A stretch of DNA of 64,000 nt from assembly GCA_025839675.1 (NCBI GenBank), contig CP104013.1, positions 2,913,121 through 2,977,120 of the forward strand, in the 5' to 3' direction. Positions 19,541 through 29,567 of this stretch are shown here, in pieces (position 1 is the stretch's first letter; each line of letters opens with the position of its first letter). The notes under the pieces were generated by a model. The model saw nothing but the letters and a program-made list of their open reading frames with translations. It did no database searches and had not been told where the DNA came from. This stretch comes from Candidatus Lokiarchaeum ossiferum. GTDB taxonomy: Archaea > Asgardarchaeota > Lokiarchaeia > Sigyniarchaeales > Promethearchaeaceae. Position numbers and translations under genes: made by a program.

Positions 19541-20014
19541 ATGCAAAGTCCAACTCATATTCTCACCGGTATTTTTCTTTATAAATTGATAATAGCACTT
19601 TTTCCGACACTTCCCACAATGTGGCTCGTGATAATCACCTCAATATTAGCATTTCTCTCACATGGATTGATAGATGCAATAGCAGTAATGACATATCATC
19701 CTTATAAAGCCAATTGGGAAGATAAATTCTTTAAAATATACCATATAGTTTTTGTTTATATCCTAACAGGGGTTTTAGTTATTTATTTTTTAATTCCATA
19801 TTGGTGGGTAATGATCTTTGCATTATTACCGGATTTAATTGATTGGTACACATTGAGGCCAATTTGGCACCACGATCCTGTAATTCACCCAAAAATTGAT
19901 CTCTTTCGGGATAAGTTTTTCCATTGGCTACCTGATTTAAAAGAAGAACGGTGGGCAGTGTTGGTTGAGTTTTTTTTGCTCTTAGTATTGGGAATTGGAA
20001 TAACTTTATTATGA
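19541..20014 (+). CDS. small polytopic membrane protein (unknown function)
   Basis: The ORF-track start at 19481 lies inside tRNA-Thr, so the start was moved to the in-frame Met at 19541 (MQSPTHILTGIFLY...). About 4 hydrophobic helices; rich in W/H/P. Confidence 0.45.
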   Translation: MQSPTHILTGIFLYKLIIALFPTLPTMWLVIITSILAFLSHGLIDAIAVMTYHPYKANWEDKFFKIYHIVFVYILTGVLVIYFLIPYWWVMIFALLPDLIDWYTLRPIWHHDPVIHPKIDLFRDKFFHWLPDLKEERWAVLVEFFLLLVLGIGITLL

Positions 20015-20045
20015 AAAAAAACAAGGAATTCCGAATATTTTTAAG

Positions 20046-20633
20046 ATGCAATCTCTAATCTATCTCATTATGAAAGTTATTGGGATAAATGGAAGTACTC
20101 GGGCGAATGGAAATACTCAAGCTGCTTTAAAAGAATTTGGGAGAGTGTTGCAATTGGCTGGTCATGAGATGGAAATTATCGAACTTCGGAAAATGAAACT
20201 TAATCCTTGCCATGCGTGCGGACAATGTAGCGGCACAAAAATGTGTGTTCAGAAAGATGATATAAATGAAATTTTCCAAAAACTGGATGGTGCTGATGGA
20301 ATTGTACTCGCGTCACCGGTATATTTCTCTAATGTTACTGCACGGATGGCGATGTTTATAGAACGAACAGGTACCATGTTTTGTGCTAATGAGCGATGTT
20401 TCAAGGGAAAAATAGGCGCTTCCATTGCCGTCGCTCGTCGTGCGGGTACGAATGTTGTTTATGCAATGTTAAATTACTACTTTGGGATTGGAGAAATGCC
20501 TATTGCATCTTCACGTTATTGGAATAATATTATGGCGCGAGATAGAGGAGATTATGATCAAGATGAAGAGGGAATTAAGATTATTCAAACTTTAGCACAC
20601 AATATGAGCAATATGTTAGAAAAACTGAGATGA
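20046..20633 (+). CDS. NADPH-dependent FMN reductase / iron-sulfur flavoprotein (flavodoxin-like)
   Basis: 'MKVIGINGSTRANGNT' (flavodoxin-like P-loop), 'CHACGQC' Cys cluster and 'GADGIVLASPVYFSNVTARM'. The true start is probably MKVIGINGS at about 20073. Confidence 0.7.
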   Translation: MQSLIYLIMKVIGINGSTRANGNTQAALKEFGRVLQLAGHEMEIIELRKMKLNPCHACGQCSGTKMCVQKDDINEIFQKLDGADGIVLASPVYFSNVTARMAMFIERTGTMFCANERCFKGKIGASIAVARRAGTNVVYAMLNYYFGIGEMPIASSRYWNNIMARDRGDYDQDEEGIKIIQTLAHNMSNMLEKLR

Positions 20634-20859
20634 AAAAAGAAAGAACTATAATAATTTTATTTTTTTTTATCTTGGTCTGAAATTTGATTGGTAGTTGGAG
20701 TCAAACCTTTAAAACTACTCTCCATCCTATCTATACGCAAATTAATTTCATCTAACTTTTCTAAAATTTCATAAAACCGGGATCCGAGACTAGCAAAGTG
20801 ATTTTTCGACAAAATTACACCTAATTATATCTTGGAGTTTATCTATATAAGCCTAAGCA

Positions 20860-21360
20860 TTGGCCCCTCTTTGCAATATAATTATGGGGAATGGATTCCC
20901 AAAATCTTATTTGTTGCTTTTCATTGGAATTAATGTGCGTCGTGAAACTTTTCTTCTACAAGTTTTTGAACCGGTTAAAATTAAAAATGAATTATATGGA
21001 AAATCCATTTCAATTAACCATCCAAAGAAATCCATTAAATTTACCTCAGCATTTCATGCTCCCACTTACATCCAATATGAGGACATAGAGGAAATAACAA
21101 TTTCCTATGATCGTAAAATAACACTTTTGGTTTTGGGATTTTTAACATTTTTTGTCTTTATTGGGATCTTCATTCTATTTTTCCGAACTCATTTACCCCC
21201 ATGGCACATCAAAATTGCTATAAAGGATCAAATCAAACCAATTTCAATCCGCGCCCGAATGAAGGATGAGGAAGCAGCCGCTTTGGCGGATTTTTGTACC
21301 CTCAAAATTCCTACAAAATTGCTTGTTCATGAGAAAAAAGCCAGAAAAATGGCTAAATAG
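20860..21360 (+). CDS. hypothetical membrane protein
   Basis: 166-aa ORF with one central hydrophobic helix (LLVLGFLTFFVFIGIFILFF). Nothing else recognisable. Confidence 0.35.
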   Translation: MAPLCNIIMGNGFPKSYLLLFIGINVRRETFLLQVFEPVKIKNELYGKSISINHPKKSIKFTSAFHAPTYIQYEDIEEITISYDRKITLLVLGFLTFFVFIGIFILFFRTHLPPWHIKIAIKDQIKPISIRARMKDEEAAALADFCTLKIPTKLLVHEKKARKMAK

Positions 21361-21499
21361 TGTGCTTAGGATGAAGAAATTTTTTATGTCATTACTCTAA
21401 CGATCTTGTAGATTGATTAGGAATATATATATGGATGAAGGAAAGTAAGTAAGTTGTTGTTACAATTCATTTTATGGTGTAACTGAGGAAAATATCACA

Positions 21500-22357
21500 A
21501 TGTCAAGCAATATAAATGCAACGATAACTTGCCCAACTTGTCAAAAAAGCAAAGATATTGAAATTCCGCGTGAATTATTTGAGACGAAAACGTGGGGTAT
21601 GGTGAAGGTCAATATTGAAAGGGATTATTGTTGCGAACATGCATTTTTAGCATATTTCAACAAAAAAGGAGAAAATGCAGGATATGAAAAATTGGATATT
21701 ATTTTTGATTTAAAAAAAACGGAAGAAGACCTAGAACAATTTCATTTAAAGGATTTATTAAAGCAATACGGTGAAGAGAATACCTGCATGATAATCCACG
21801 CTATGATCTTAAACACTCCAATTATTTTTCTCCATAAGAAGTATTTCAAAGAAAATAGATATATTAAAGCGACTTATAAAAAAGATATCTTCCAATTCAT
21901 CCAGTTAAAACAATTCTTGTTAAAATTTGTCGAAAATACTCTCTCTTTAATCACCCTTGAATTTGATACGGAGTATAATCAACACCCGAGAACAGATGCC
22001 TTAATTATTTCACCTACAAAGGAAATTGAACGACTACCTTGGGTATCTATTCCAATTGATTTTGAATTAAACATCGTTCATAAGGCAATGGATGTTTTAG
22101 ATGAAAGTGTGCAATATCTTGTAATACAAGATGAAATGCAAAAAATTCTCAAAAAAGCAGAAGTTTTTAACAAGATATTAGATAAATGGGCCGCAATATA
22201 TGAAGAAGATATTCGAAAACAGTTAGATGAAGCCTTTGAAACAGAATTAGACGATTATTCTTATCAATTATTAGTGCAAATTCTCGAAATAAGGTTTAAA
22301 GCAGATATGTCAAAAATTAAGAACCCCACTAGGCCAAAACAAAGACGTTTGAGATAA
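21500..22357 (+). CDS. hypothetical protein with N-terminal CxxC motif
   Basis: 285-aa ORF. 'CPTCQKS...CCEH' at the N-terminus; the remainder is helical and charged. Confidence 0.45.
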   Translation: MSSNINATITCPTCQKSKDIEIPRELFETKTWGMVKVNIERDYCCEHAFLAYFNKKGENAGYEKLDIIFDLKKTEEDLEQFHLKDLLKQYGEENTCMIIHAMILNTPIIFLHKKYFKENRYIKATYKKDIFQFIQLKQFLLKFVENTLSLITLEFDTEYNQHPRTDALIISPTKEIERLPWVSIPIDFELNIVHKAMDVLDESVQYLVIQDEMQKILKKAEVFNKILDKWAAIYEEDIRKQLDEAFETELDDYSYQLLVQILEIRFKADMSKIKNPTRPKQRRLR

Positions 22358-22400
22358 CCATCGTGAAAGCGGAAAAATTGAAAGAAAAAAACCAGAAAAA

Positions 22401-23198
22401 CTAATTCATTTCCAAAATTTTGGATAAGAATTTTTTTAACCGTTCGTTTGGAGGATTGTCAAATACTTCATCTGGGGTCCCCCTATAGATAATTTCTCCT
22501 TCATCCATAAAAATAACCCGAGTGGCAACTTCTTTTGCGAATGGAATTTCATGAGTTACTACCACAAGAGTATAGTGGAATTCAGTAACTAAGCGAATCA
22601 TAAATTCGAGGACTTCGCCAGTTAATTCGGGATCCAAAGCGGATGTGGGTTCATCAAAGAAGATCAATTTAGATCGCATAGCTAATACACGAGCAATTGC
22701 AACCCGTTGTTGTTGCCCTCCTGAAAGTTCTCCAGGATAACTATCTATTTTATCAGCTAAATTAACAGTATTTAGCACATCATTAATTCGTTTATCTATT
22801 TCATCATCATCTAAATTTAAAACTTTCTTTAAAGGCAATTCAATATTTTCCCTTACAGTCAAGTGCAAAAAGAGATTAAAGCTTTGAAACACCATCCCAA
22901 TATCTTTTCGAACTAAATCAATATTGACATCAGGAAGTGTAATCTCTTTTCCTTCAAAAAAAACTTGACCAGATGTAGGCTCAATTAATCGATTCATGCA
23001 CCTTAATAATGTGGATTTGCCGGAACCGCTACTCCCAATGATAACAATCACTTCCTTTGAGTAAATTTTCAAATCTACCCCTGGAGATTTAATTGCATTA
23101 AAATCTTTGAATTTCTTTGTTAAATTCCGAACTTCAAGTAATGGAACTTCTGAGTCATCTGCTATTTGATTTAATTCTTCACTAGTCATTGTGCACAC
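22401..23198 (-). CDS. ABC transporter ATP-binding protein (polar amino-acid type, GlnQ-like)
   Basis: Walker A 'GSSGSGKST', signature 'LSGGQQQRVAIARVLA', Walker B 'LIFFDEPTSALD', H-loop 'VVVTHE'. Confidence 0.9.
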   Translation of the reverse strand: MCTMTSEELNQIADDSEVPLLEVRNLTKKFKDFNAIKSPGVDLKIYSKEVIVIIGSSGSGKSTLLRCMNRLIEPTSGQVFFEGKEITLPDVNIDLVRKDIGMVFQSFNLFLHLTVRENIELPLKKVLNLDDDEIDKRINDVLNTVNLADKIDSYPGELSGGQQQRVAIARVLAMRSKLIFFDEPTSALDPELTGEVLEFMIRLVTEFHYTLVVVTHEIPFAKEVATRVIFMDEGEIIYRGTPDEVFDNPPNERLKKFLSKILEMN

Positions 23199-24120
23199 CT
23201 AATCCAGGAATTCGTAACTTCAATTCTAATTGTTTTGCAATTTTTGATAATGTAAAAGCTATAGCAAAATAAAATACCGCAGCAAATATGAATACTTGCC
23301 AAAAAGCATATCTCGATTGCAATGTTTGGGATTCTTTGGTAAGTTCTATTACCCCAATAGTAGATATTAATGAACTATTTAAGATTACATTTATAGTTTC
23401 ATTTGTTAATGGAGGTACAATGATTCTTATTGCTTGAGGAAGAACAACATGACGCATAGTTTGTAAGGATGTTAGACCCAAACCGCGAGCTGCTTCACTC
23501 TGACCTGAAGGAATTGCCAAGATCCCACCTCGAATAATTTCTGCTTGATATGCAGCAGTATTGAGTGCCAATGCCAAGGTTCCAGCATAAATTTCGGTAG
23601 TTAAATATTGAATATTTAAATTTCTAATTCCATCTATCATCCAGCCAGGTAATCCAAAATATACTAACAAAATTTGAACTAAGAGTGGTGTGGATCTAAA
23701 AAAATCGATGTATATTTGAGCGATTTGTCGCAATCCATAAAGTTTACTCTTACTAACTAAAATTACTGCCAACAATGCCGCAATAAAGAATCCAATTACA
23801 ACACTAATTAAACTAATAAAAATTGTTAAAGGAAGAGCAGCAGCCAACCTTCTTGTTATAGCTGGCAACCTCCAATCCAAATCCCCCAATGATGAAAATC
23901 CAAAAATTTTAAGAAATAGTTCAAAAATACTAATAAAAGGATCAAAATACATGGCACTTGGAATAATCCAAGATCTTATTATTCCATAGATAATGATAAG
24001 CAAAATTAATGTTAAAAACCACCACCCAAAATTTTTTCTTGTTGGACGGATCTTCTTAAGAAAAATTAATATTGGAGTGTTTTCCTTGTCGTGTTCATTA
24101 TGTGTAAAATTTTCAGTCAT
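23182..24120 (-). CDS. ABC transporter permease (amino-acid type)
   Basis: 312 aa, polytopic. The EAA-like loop 'SEAARGLGLTSLQTMRHVVLPQA' is typical of HisM/GlnP-type permeases. It overlaps the ATPase gene. Confidence 0.8.
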   Translation of the reverse strand: MTENFTHNEHDKENTPILIFLKKIRPTRKNFGWWFLTLILLIIIYGIIRSWIIPSAMYFDPFISIFELFLKIFGFSSLGDLDWRLPAITRRLAAALPLTIFISLISVVIGFFIAALLAVILVSKSKLYGLRQIAQIYIDFFRSTPLLVQILLVYFGLPGWMIDGIRNLNIQYLTTEIYAGTLALALNTAAYQAEIIRGGILAIPSGQSEAARGLGLTSLQTMRHVVLPQAIRIIVPPLTNETINVILNSSLISTIGVIELTKESQTLQSRYAFWQVFIFAAVFYFAIAFTLSKIAKQLELKLRIPGLGVHND

Positions 24121-24185
24121 TCGATTGTTTTCACCATAGTAAATTTTTGAAACTCAAAAATTAAAAAAAATCAAATAAAAAAGGA

Positions 24186-25160
24186 TTAATTGTTTTTCTT
24201 CTTAGATTTTCGGATAACACCATAAACAGTGACTGGGATTATTGCAATTAGTGAAAATATTGAGAATCCATTGATTGTATTTTTTATAACTGGTTGCACC
24301 AATGAATCCAAGACTTCTTTCAATTCTGGTTTATTTACAGAAGGAGTAGTTCCTATCCATTCTTCATAAATGGCGATATATTCTGTTGAAAATACCGGAT
24401 TATATGGATCATCTCCGAGTAATTTATCAATCGCTTCATTCATTCGTACTACTAATGTATTGGCACCCTGATCACATGCAATTCCAAAAGCCTCTGGACT
24501 GAATTGAGCCACAATTTCGAATTCACTACCTGTAATTGCATCACCAGCTTCAATTAAAGTGACTAAGTCACCTAAGACCACATCAACTGTCCCTGCATCG
24601 AGAGCTGCTAGGGCTAATGTGATTGTAGTATATGGTACAACACTACAAGCAAAATCTTCATCTTCAAGATACCATTGACTTGTAGTAGATGCTTGAATTC
24701 CACATTTAATACTTGCATTATTCACATCATCAACTGAATCAATATCAAGGGTTGAATCATTTTTAACCATAACTGCTTGCGAACTTAAGAAATACCATCG
24801 CGTAAAATTCATGGTTGTCATCCGATCATTAGTTATAGTCACTGCTGATATAACACAATCATAGGCACCTGTTGCTAAACTGGTAAATATTGTGTCCCAA
24901 GCAACATCATGATAAACTATATCAACCCCCATATCATCAGCAATGAATTCCATTATGCTAGGATCAAATCCCTCAATTACATCACCGGTCTTTTGTTCAA
25001 AAGGAGGGTATGCAGCTTCAATTCCAACATGGATTTCTCCAGCATCTATTACATCGGAAAGACTTGAATCCGTATATTCAGAAACAGCTGAAGGAACACT
25101 TAAAAAGATGATTGAAAAAGTAATGAGAATCATCCCCGCTTTTATTTTGTTATTTTTCAT
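24186..25160 (-). CDS. ABC transporter substrate-binding protein (SBP family 3, polar amino acids)
   Basis: 324 aa with an N-terminal signal/TM anchor. 'IHVGIEAAYPPFEQK' is a family-3 SBP motif. It is the third gene of the transporter operon. Confidence 0.8.
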   Translation of the reverse strand: MKNNKIKAGMILITFSIIFLSVPSAVSEYTDSSLSDVIDAGEIHVGIEAAYPPFEQKTGDVIEGFDPSIMEFIADDMGVDIVYHDVAWDTIFTSLATGAYDCVISAVTITNDRMTTMNFTRWYFLSSQAVMVKNDSTLDIDSVDDVNNASIKCGIQASTTSQWYLEDEDFACSVVPYTTITLALAALDAGTVDVVLGDLVTLIEAGDAITGSEFEIVAQFSPEAFGIACDQGANTLVVRMNEAIDKLLGDDPYNPVFSTEYIAIYEEWIGTTPSVNKPELKEVLDSLVQPVIKNTINGFSIFSLIAIIPVTVYGVIRKSKKKNN

Positions 25161-25360
25161 TTTTTCACCTTATGTAGTTTCTAGATGTCACAAATGTTAT
25201 AAAATATAAAAAAAAGTTCAATTTTTAAAACATCTCTTATAAGATTGGATGTTTGTCTATAAAAGCGTTTACATTAAAAGAATTCCTTGTGGGAATTTAA
25301 TTTTGATGGATAAAAGAATGGAAAATGAAATTCAGAAAAAATTGTATTTACAATAACTCA

Positions 25361-26698
25361 TTAAATGAAATAAACAATAAAAACAAGATAAATTATACCT
25401 AAAATTACATGAAGAAAGGCAAAAAGTCCACCTACTTTCGTCAATCGTTTATAAGTTAAATCTTTTACGCAATATTTCTCCGACAATTCCAATGTCATCA
25501 TATCGGCTGCACTCCCTTGAGGAAGAAAATTACCTCCTAAATTAACTCCAAGAACGAAAGCCACGATTAACGGAAGCATATCAAATCCTGCTGTTTCGAT
25601 CAAAATGTTGATTATTGGTAAGAATATGATGGTAACTGGAGCATTATCCATGAATCCTGACAGAATTGAAGTTACCAGTAAAATTGCGATGGATAAAAGA
25701 AAAACATCTTGAAAAGTAGCTTTTTCAATGAGATTTTCCATTAATTGTACAGTACCATTTATTTCCATCAAATGAACTAAAATAAAAAGGCACATGAAGA
25801 AGTACACTAACTTGTAATCAACCTTTCTCAGGAAATGGGATAGATGAGGTTCTTTCTTTTGTGATTTTCCAAGACGAGGATTAACAAAGACAAACACAAG
25901 CATACCAATCAAACCCGCTACATGAATTTGATCTATGAAAAGTAACAAAAGAACGAAAATGAGTAGAGCGATTAAGTTGATCATGATAACTTTTGAATCG
26001 GTCTGAAAATCGTCTTCTATTTGTATCTGAACATCAACAACCTCTTTCTCGTCACATGCAGCAATCCACTGTTTCTTTAGTTGTTTGGACAACACAAAAT
26101 AATCTAAAAGCACGAGTGTAACTATTGTTGAGACAACAAAAAAGACCCCAAATCGTGTAATGAAAAAAATAAATGAAAGATCAAAATAATTAGCAATCAT
26201 GATGTTTTCCGCGGAACCGAAGGGTGTAAGGGTAGAAGCCAAATTAATGCAAATGGTCATCCCCAAAAGGAAGGGAGAAGGGTTAATTTTAAGATCTTCA
26301 CAAGTGAGAACGATAATAGGGATGAAAATAATTGCCACACTCAAATCTTCTAAGATAGAAGCGGAAAGAGTAGACACAATACAAATCACATAAAACATTT
26401 TCCGAATATTGTTCCTATATTTCAGTACGATCCTTTTAGCAATTTCATGAAAAACTCTCGCTTCATTAAGGATTTCCACAATTGTAAACATGGCAATCAG
26501 AAAGAAAATAACTTCCCAATCAATCGCTCGAATATAAGTGTCTAAATCATGAGCAGCAGGTAAATCAATGCCTGTTACAGCCCCAGCAATAATAATTAAC
26601 AAAACGGAATATGAGAGGTAATCTTTTTCTTCAAAGAATAAAATAACAATTAAAATGAGAAAACATAGTCCAACGACGATTTGCGACAGTAAAGACAT
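25361..26698 (-). CDS. ArsB/NhaD/CitMHS-superfamily permease
   Basis: 445 aa, about 10-12 TM helices. Conserved 'NLASTLTPFGSAENIMIAN' and 'GVNLGGNFLPQGSAADMM' are shared with the paralog at 37880..39397. Confidence 0.7.
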   Translation of the reverse strand: MSLLSQIVVGLCFLILIVILFFEEKDYLSYSVLLIIIAGAVTGIDLPAAHDLDTYIRAIDWEVIFFLIAMFTIVEILNEARVFHEIAKRIVLKYRNNIRKMFYVICIVSTLSASILEDLSVAIIFIPIIVLTCEDLKINPSPFLLGMTICINLASTLTPFGSAENIMIANYFDLSFIFFITRFGVFFVVSTIVTLVLLDYFVLSKQLKKQWIAACDEKEVVDVQIQIEDDFQTDSKVIMINLIALLIFVLLLLFIDQIHVAGLIGMLVFVFVNPRLGKSQKKEPHLSHFLRKVDYKLVYFFMCLFILVHLMEINGTVQLMENLIEKATFQDVFLLSIAILLVTSILSGFMDNAPVTIIFLPIINILIETAGFDMLPLIVAFVLGVNLGGNFLPQGSAADMMTLELSEKYCVKDLTYKRLTKVGGLFAFLHVILGIIYLVFIVYFI

Positions 26699-26751
26699 GG
26701 GAAGATATATAAGATTTATTGATTATTAAACATTTCAGAAAAAAGATGGTG

Positions 26752-27723
26752 TTATTCCATCAATTTTTTCGATATTAGCCACTGAAAAGCAGATAAAACC
26801 CCAATATTTTCTTTGACTGACACGAGACTCATAGAATGGGGCATTGGTAATTGGTTTACATTAAACAACTGGGAAAATTTTTTGATTAAAGATTCAGATT
26901 TTTCTTTCTCGACTAAATCAGATTTATTTAATAGGATTAATATGGGGATGTGATTACTTTCAAAACTGGCTGGTGTAGGAAAATATTGTTGGATAACTCT
27001 TTCAAATTCTTCTTTAAATTCAAAATCTCGCGTTTCTGACGATGAAACATCCACAACATATATGATTGCATCAGGTTTATGACAATCTTTAAACCAAGTC
27101 TGTCGAATTGCCTTTTGACCCCCCACATCATAAATTTGAAATTGAAAATGCTCAATGGCAGCCCGGAGAATTTGAGTACCTAAAGTAGGGCGGATCTTTG
27201 GAGAGAAAGTCCCATATCTTAACAATTCAATTATTGAAGATTTTCCAACAGCTTCAATTCCTAAAAAGAGTAATTGGCCATAAGGGTGGTCTCCTTCAAA
27301 TTCTTCAAATTTATTGATTGCTTGACGTAAGAATCGATCGATCTTAGATATCTTCATTTGAATGATTGGGGAGGTTTTATTCTTATGTGAAAATATCTCT
27401 AAAATGTGAGGAATGTTTTTTATTTGTTCAGAAAGATTCTGTAACTCCTTTCTCCAGTTAAAAATTGTATGCTCTTCGGTCAATATTACTGAAATGAGGA
27501 GTAATTCATATCCAGTTCGAGCAATTCCAGAGGGAATACTAAATTTAAAATTAAGATATAATGCTTCTTCGTGCTTGACTTCAAAAAAGGGAGCATCTAA
27601 ATTCAAATCAAAAAGCTTAATTACAATATTTTTATCGGAATCATTAATATTTGAGGGAACAGCATTTAAAATCCACGGACCAGCCATTCGATCATAGTAA
27701 CTTACAAGTATTTTAACTGGCAA
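26752..27723 (-). CDS. Arf-like small GTPase with roughly 150-aa N-terminal extension domain
   Basis: 323 aa. G1 'GIEAVGKSS', Arf-type G3 'YDVGGQ', G4 'LNKSDL'. The N-terminal roughly 150 aa have no GTPase motifs. Confidence 0.75.
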   Translation of the reverse strand: MPVKILVSYYDRMAGPWILNAVPSNINDSDKNIVIKLFDLNLDAPFFEVKHEEALYLNFKFSIPSGIARTGYELLLISVILTEEHTIFNWRKELQNLSEQIKNIPHILEIFSHKNKTSPIIQMKISKIDRFLRQAINKFEEFEGDHPYGQLLFLGIEAVGKSSIIELLRYGTFSPKIRPTLGTQILRAAIEHFQFQIYDVGGQKAIRQTWFKDCHKPDAIIYVVDVSSSETRDFEFKEEFERVIQQYFPTPASFESNHIPILILLNKSDLVEKEKSESLIKKFSQLFNVNQLPMPHSMSLVSVKENIGVLSAFQWLISKKLME

Positions 27724-27874
27724 AGAAAATCATGAATACCATAGAATTACATCCAAAAAAGGTTTTTCACGCAAATAACGAAGTTGTTTTTTCTAATCAT
27801 TAACAAAATTGTTTTTTTGGGGGAAAATATCATTTGAGTATAATTTAATGAAGAAAAAAGGGAGAAAGTGAAAT

Positions 27875-29566
27875 TCACTCATCAGTTATAAAGGATGTCA
27901 AGTTAATTTCAAATCCAGCTGTTGGATACTCTAATCCGAAATTTAAAATGACTTCAGGATGAATTTCACCGATATATCCAATAATGTGATCTTTATAATG
28001 AATTTCGCCTGTTCGCCCGGGAATGAAAGTCGGATTTTCCGCTGGCACTATTTTTATGGCTTGTAATACCCCTAAAGTTCTTAAATAGTGATCTAAAACG
28101 GATTTGATTTCAGAATAATCACTTCCTTCAGAATGTAGGACGCAAGCAAGATGAGATTCCCGACGGGTTTGAGATTGCTCCTGTTTATCCAGTAGAATGA
28201 CGTCTCCTACTTCAAATAGGCGGAAAGGTTTTTCCCCAGATCGGTTGAATTGTAAGTTTTTCATCAAACTCACCAGTAGACTTCGCCGAACCGTGTTATA
28301 TTCAAGGGAAACAGGATTTTCCAGAATAATTTCATCCGATTTTTTCATTGGTAAGCGGAGACTTAAATTATCATTTTTGGAAATTAGGATATTATTGGAC
28401 ATTTCGATACAACCCGTACCTACCATAATATCTCGTGTCTTCTGTTCATTTACCAATACAGGATGATACTTACCTAACCCTTCCATATTAATTGTCAGAT
28501 CTAAATTTTGATACCCGTAGCCCATAGCAACTTCTTCGACGATATCCACTTCATGCATGATATCATCCCGATAGGCAGGAATAGCGACATCAATCGTGTT
28601 GGAATCAACAATTTTGGCATCCAATCGCATTTTTTCTAAGCATTCCATCATTTCTTGGGGGGAGAGATGTAATCCAATATAAGAATTAATGTAATCAACT
28701 CGAGCTTGCCAGTGTTTTGGAGTTAAATCAGGAGTATACATCGCATTATCGGGCTCATCCTCGTAAATCACTTTCACGGACTCAACTTCACCTCCCATAT
28801 CAGCAAAGGTTGAAGCTAAAATATTTAACGCTACATCCACAGCTTTTTTACTTGTTCCAGTAAGATCTAAGAGTAGATTTTTAGTTTTATCAGGTGTAAC
28901 TGTGGTATATGTCCCATTTATCACAGGAGGAAAAGATACTACTTTTCCTTCAGCATCATAGATCATAGGATATTCATTAAAACCTTCTAATAAGTGGGCA
29001 TACTGAATTCCCATCGGATGTTCCTCCAAAATTTCCTGAGGGGTTAATTCATAGGCTTCCAAGTGAAGAGCTTTAAATTTAACACCATCAGGCTTCACAG
29101 TGGTGTAAAGATAAGGCCCTTTGACAGTATCATAATCATGAATACCTATTGCAACCTTCTTCCGATCCCTTCCTACAGCCCAATGCAAGATTTCTTGCAT
29201 TCGCATGAGAGTAATGACCTGGGTTTCATTAAGAGGTTCTGCAAAGCGAACTAATCCGGACACCACAAACGGACGAACTTTCCGTACTTTGGCATCTACC
29301 TTGAAATATTCCAACCCCTTCTTGACATGATATTCTTGTAACCCTTTTGCAAGACCATAATATCCCGCAAGAACGCGCGCGACCCCTTCAGGACTTGAAA
29401 AATCGGGACGATTGGGATTGAATTCTACCTTAATTATCCCTTCTTCAGGATCATAATCATCAATATCCAAGGATATCCATTGTAAATCATATTGGAGTGT
29501 TTCATAAGTTAATTCCTTATCCAACAATTCTGATAGCTGGGAAATTTTTAATTCTATCGTAGGCAT
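27875..29566 (-). CDS. pheT: phenylalanine-tRNA ligase beta subunit (archaeal type)
   Basis: About 560 aa, B3/4 and B5-like domains, directly downstream of pheS. The ORF-track start at 29629 overlaps pheS; the Met at 29566 (MPTIELKI...) abuts the pheS stop instead. Confidence 0.85.
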   Translation of the reverse strand: MPTIELKISQLSELLDKELTYETLQYDLQWISLDIDDYDPEEGIIKVEFNPNRPDFSSPEGVARVLAGYYGLAKGLQEYHVKKGLEYFKVDAKVRKVRPFVVSGLVRFAEPLNETQVITLMRMQEILHWAVGRDRKKVAIGIHDYDTVKGPYLYTTVKPDGVKFKALHLEAYELTPQEILEEHPMGIQYAHLLEGFNEYPMIYDAEGKVVSFPPVINGTYTTVTPDKTKNLLLDLTGTSKKAVDVALNILASTFADMGGEVESVKVIYEDEPDNAMYTPDLTPKHWQARVDYINSYIGLHLSPQEMMECLEKMRLDAKIVDSNTIDVAIPAYRDDIMHEVDIVEEVAMGYGYQNLDLTINMEGLGKYHPVLVNEQKTRDIMVGTGCIEMSNNILISKNDNLSLRLPMKKSDEIILENPVSLEYNTVRRSLLVSLMKNLQFNRSGEKPFRLFEVGDVILLDKQEQSQTRRESHLACVLHSEGSDYSEIKSVLDHYLRTLGVLQAIKIVPAENPTFIPGRTGEIHYKDHIIGYIGEIHPEVILNFGLEYPTAGFEINLTSFITDE

Positions 29567-29567
29567 T

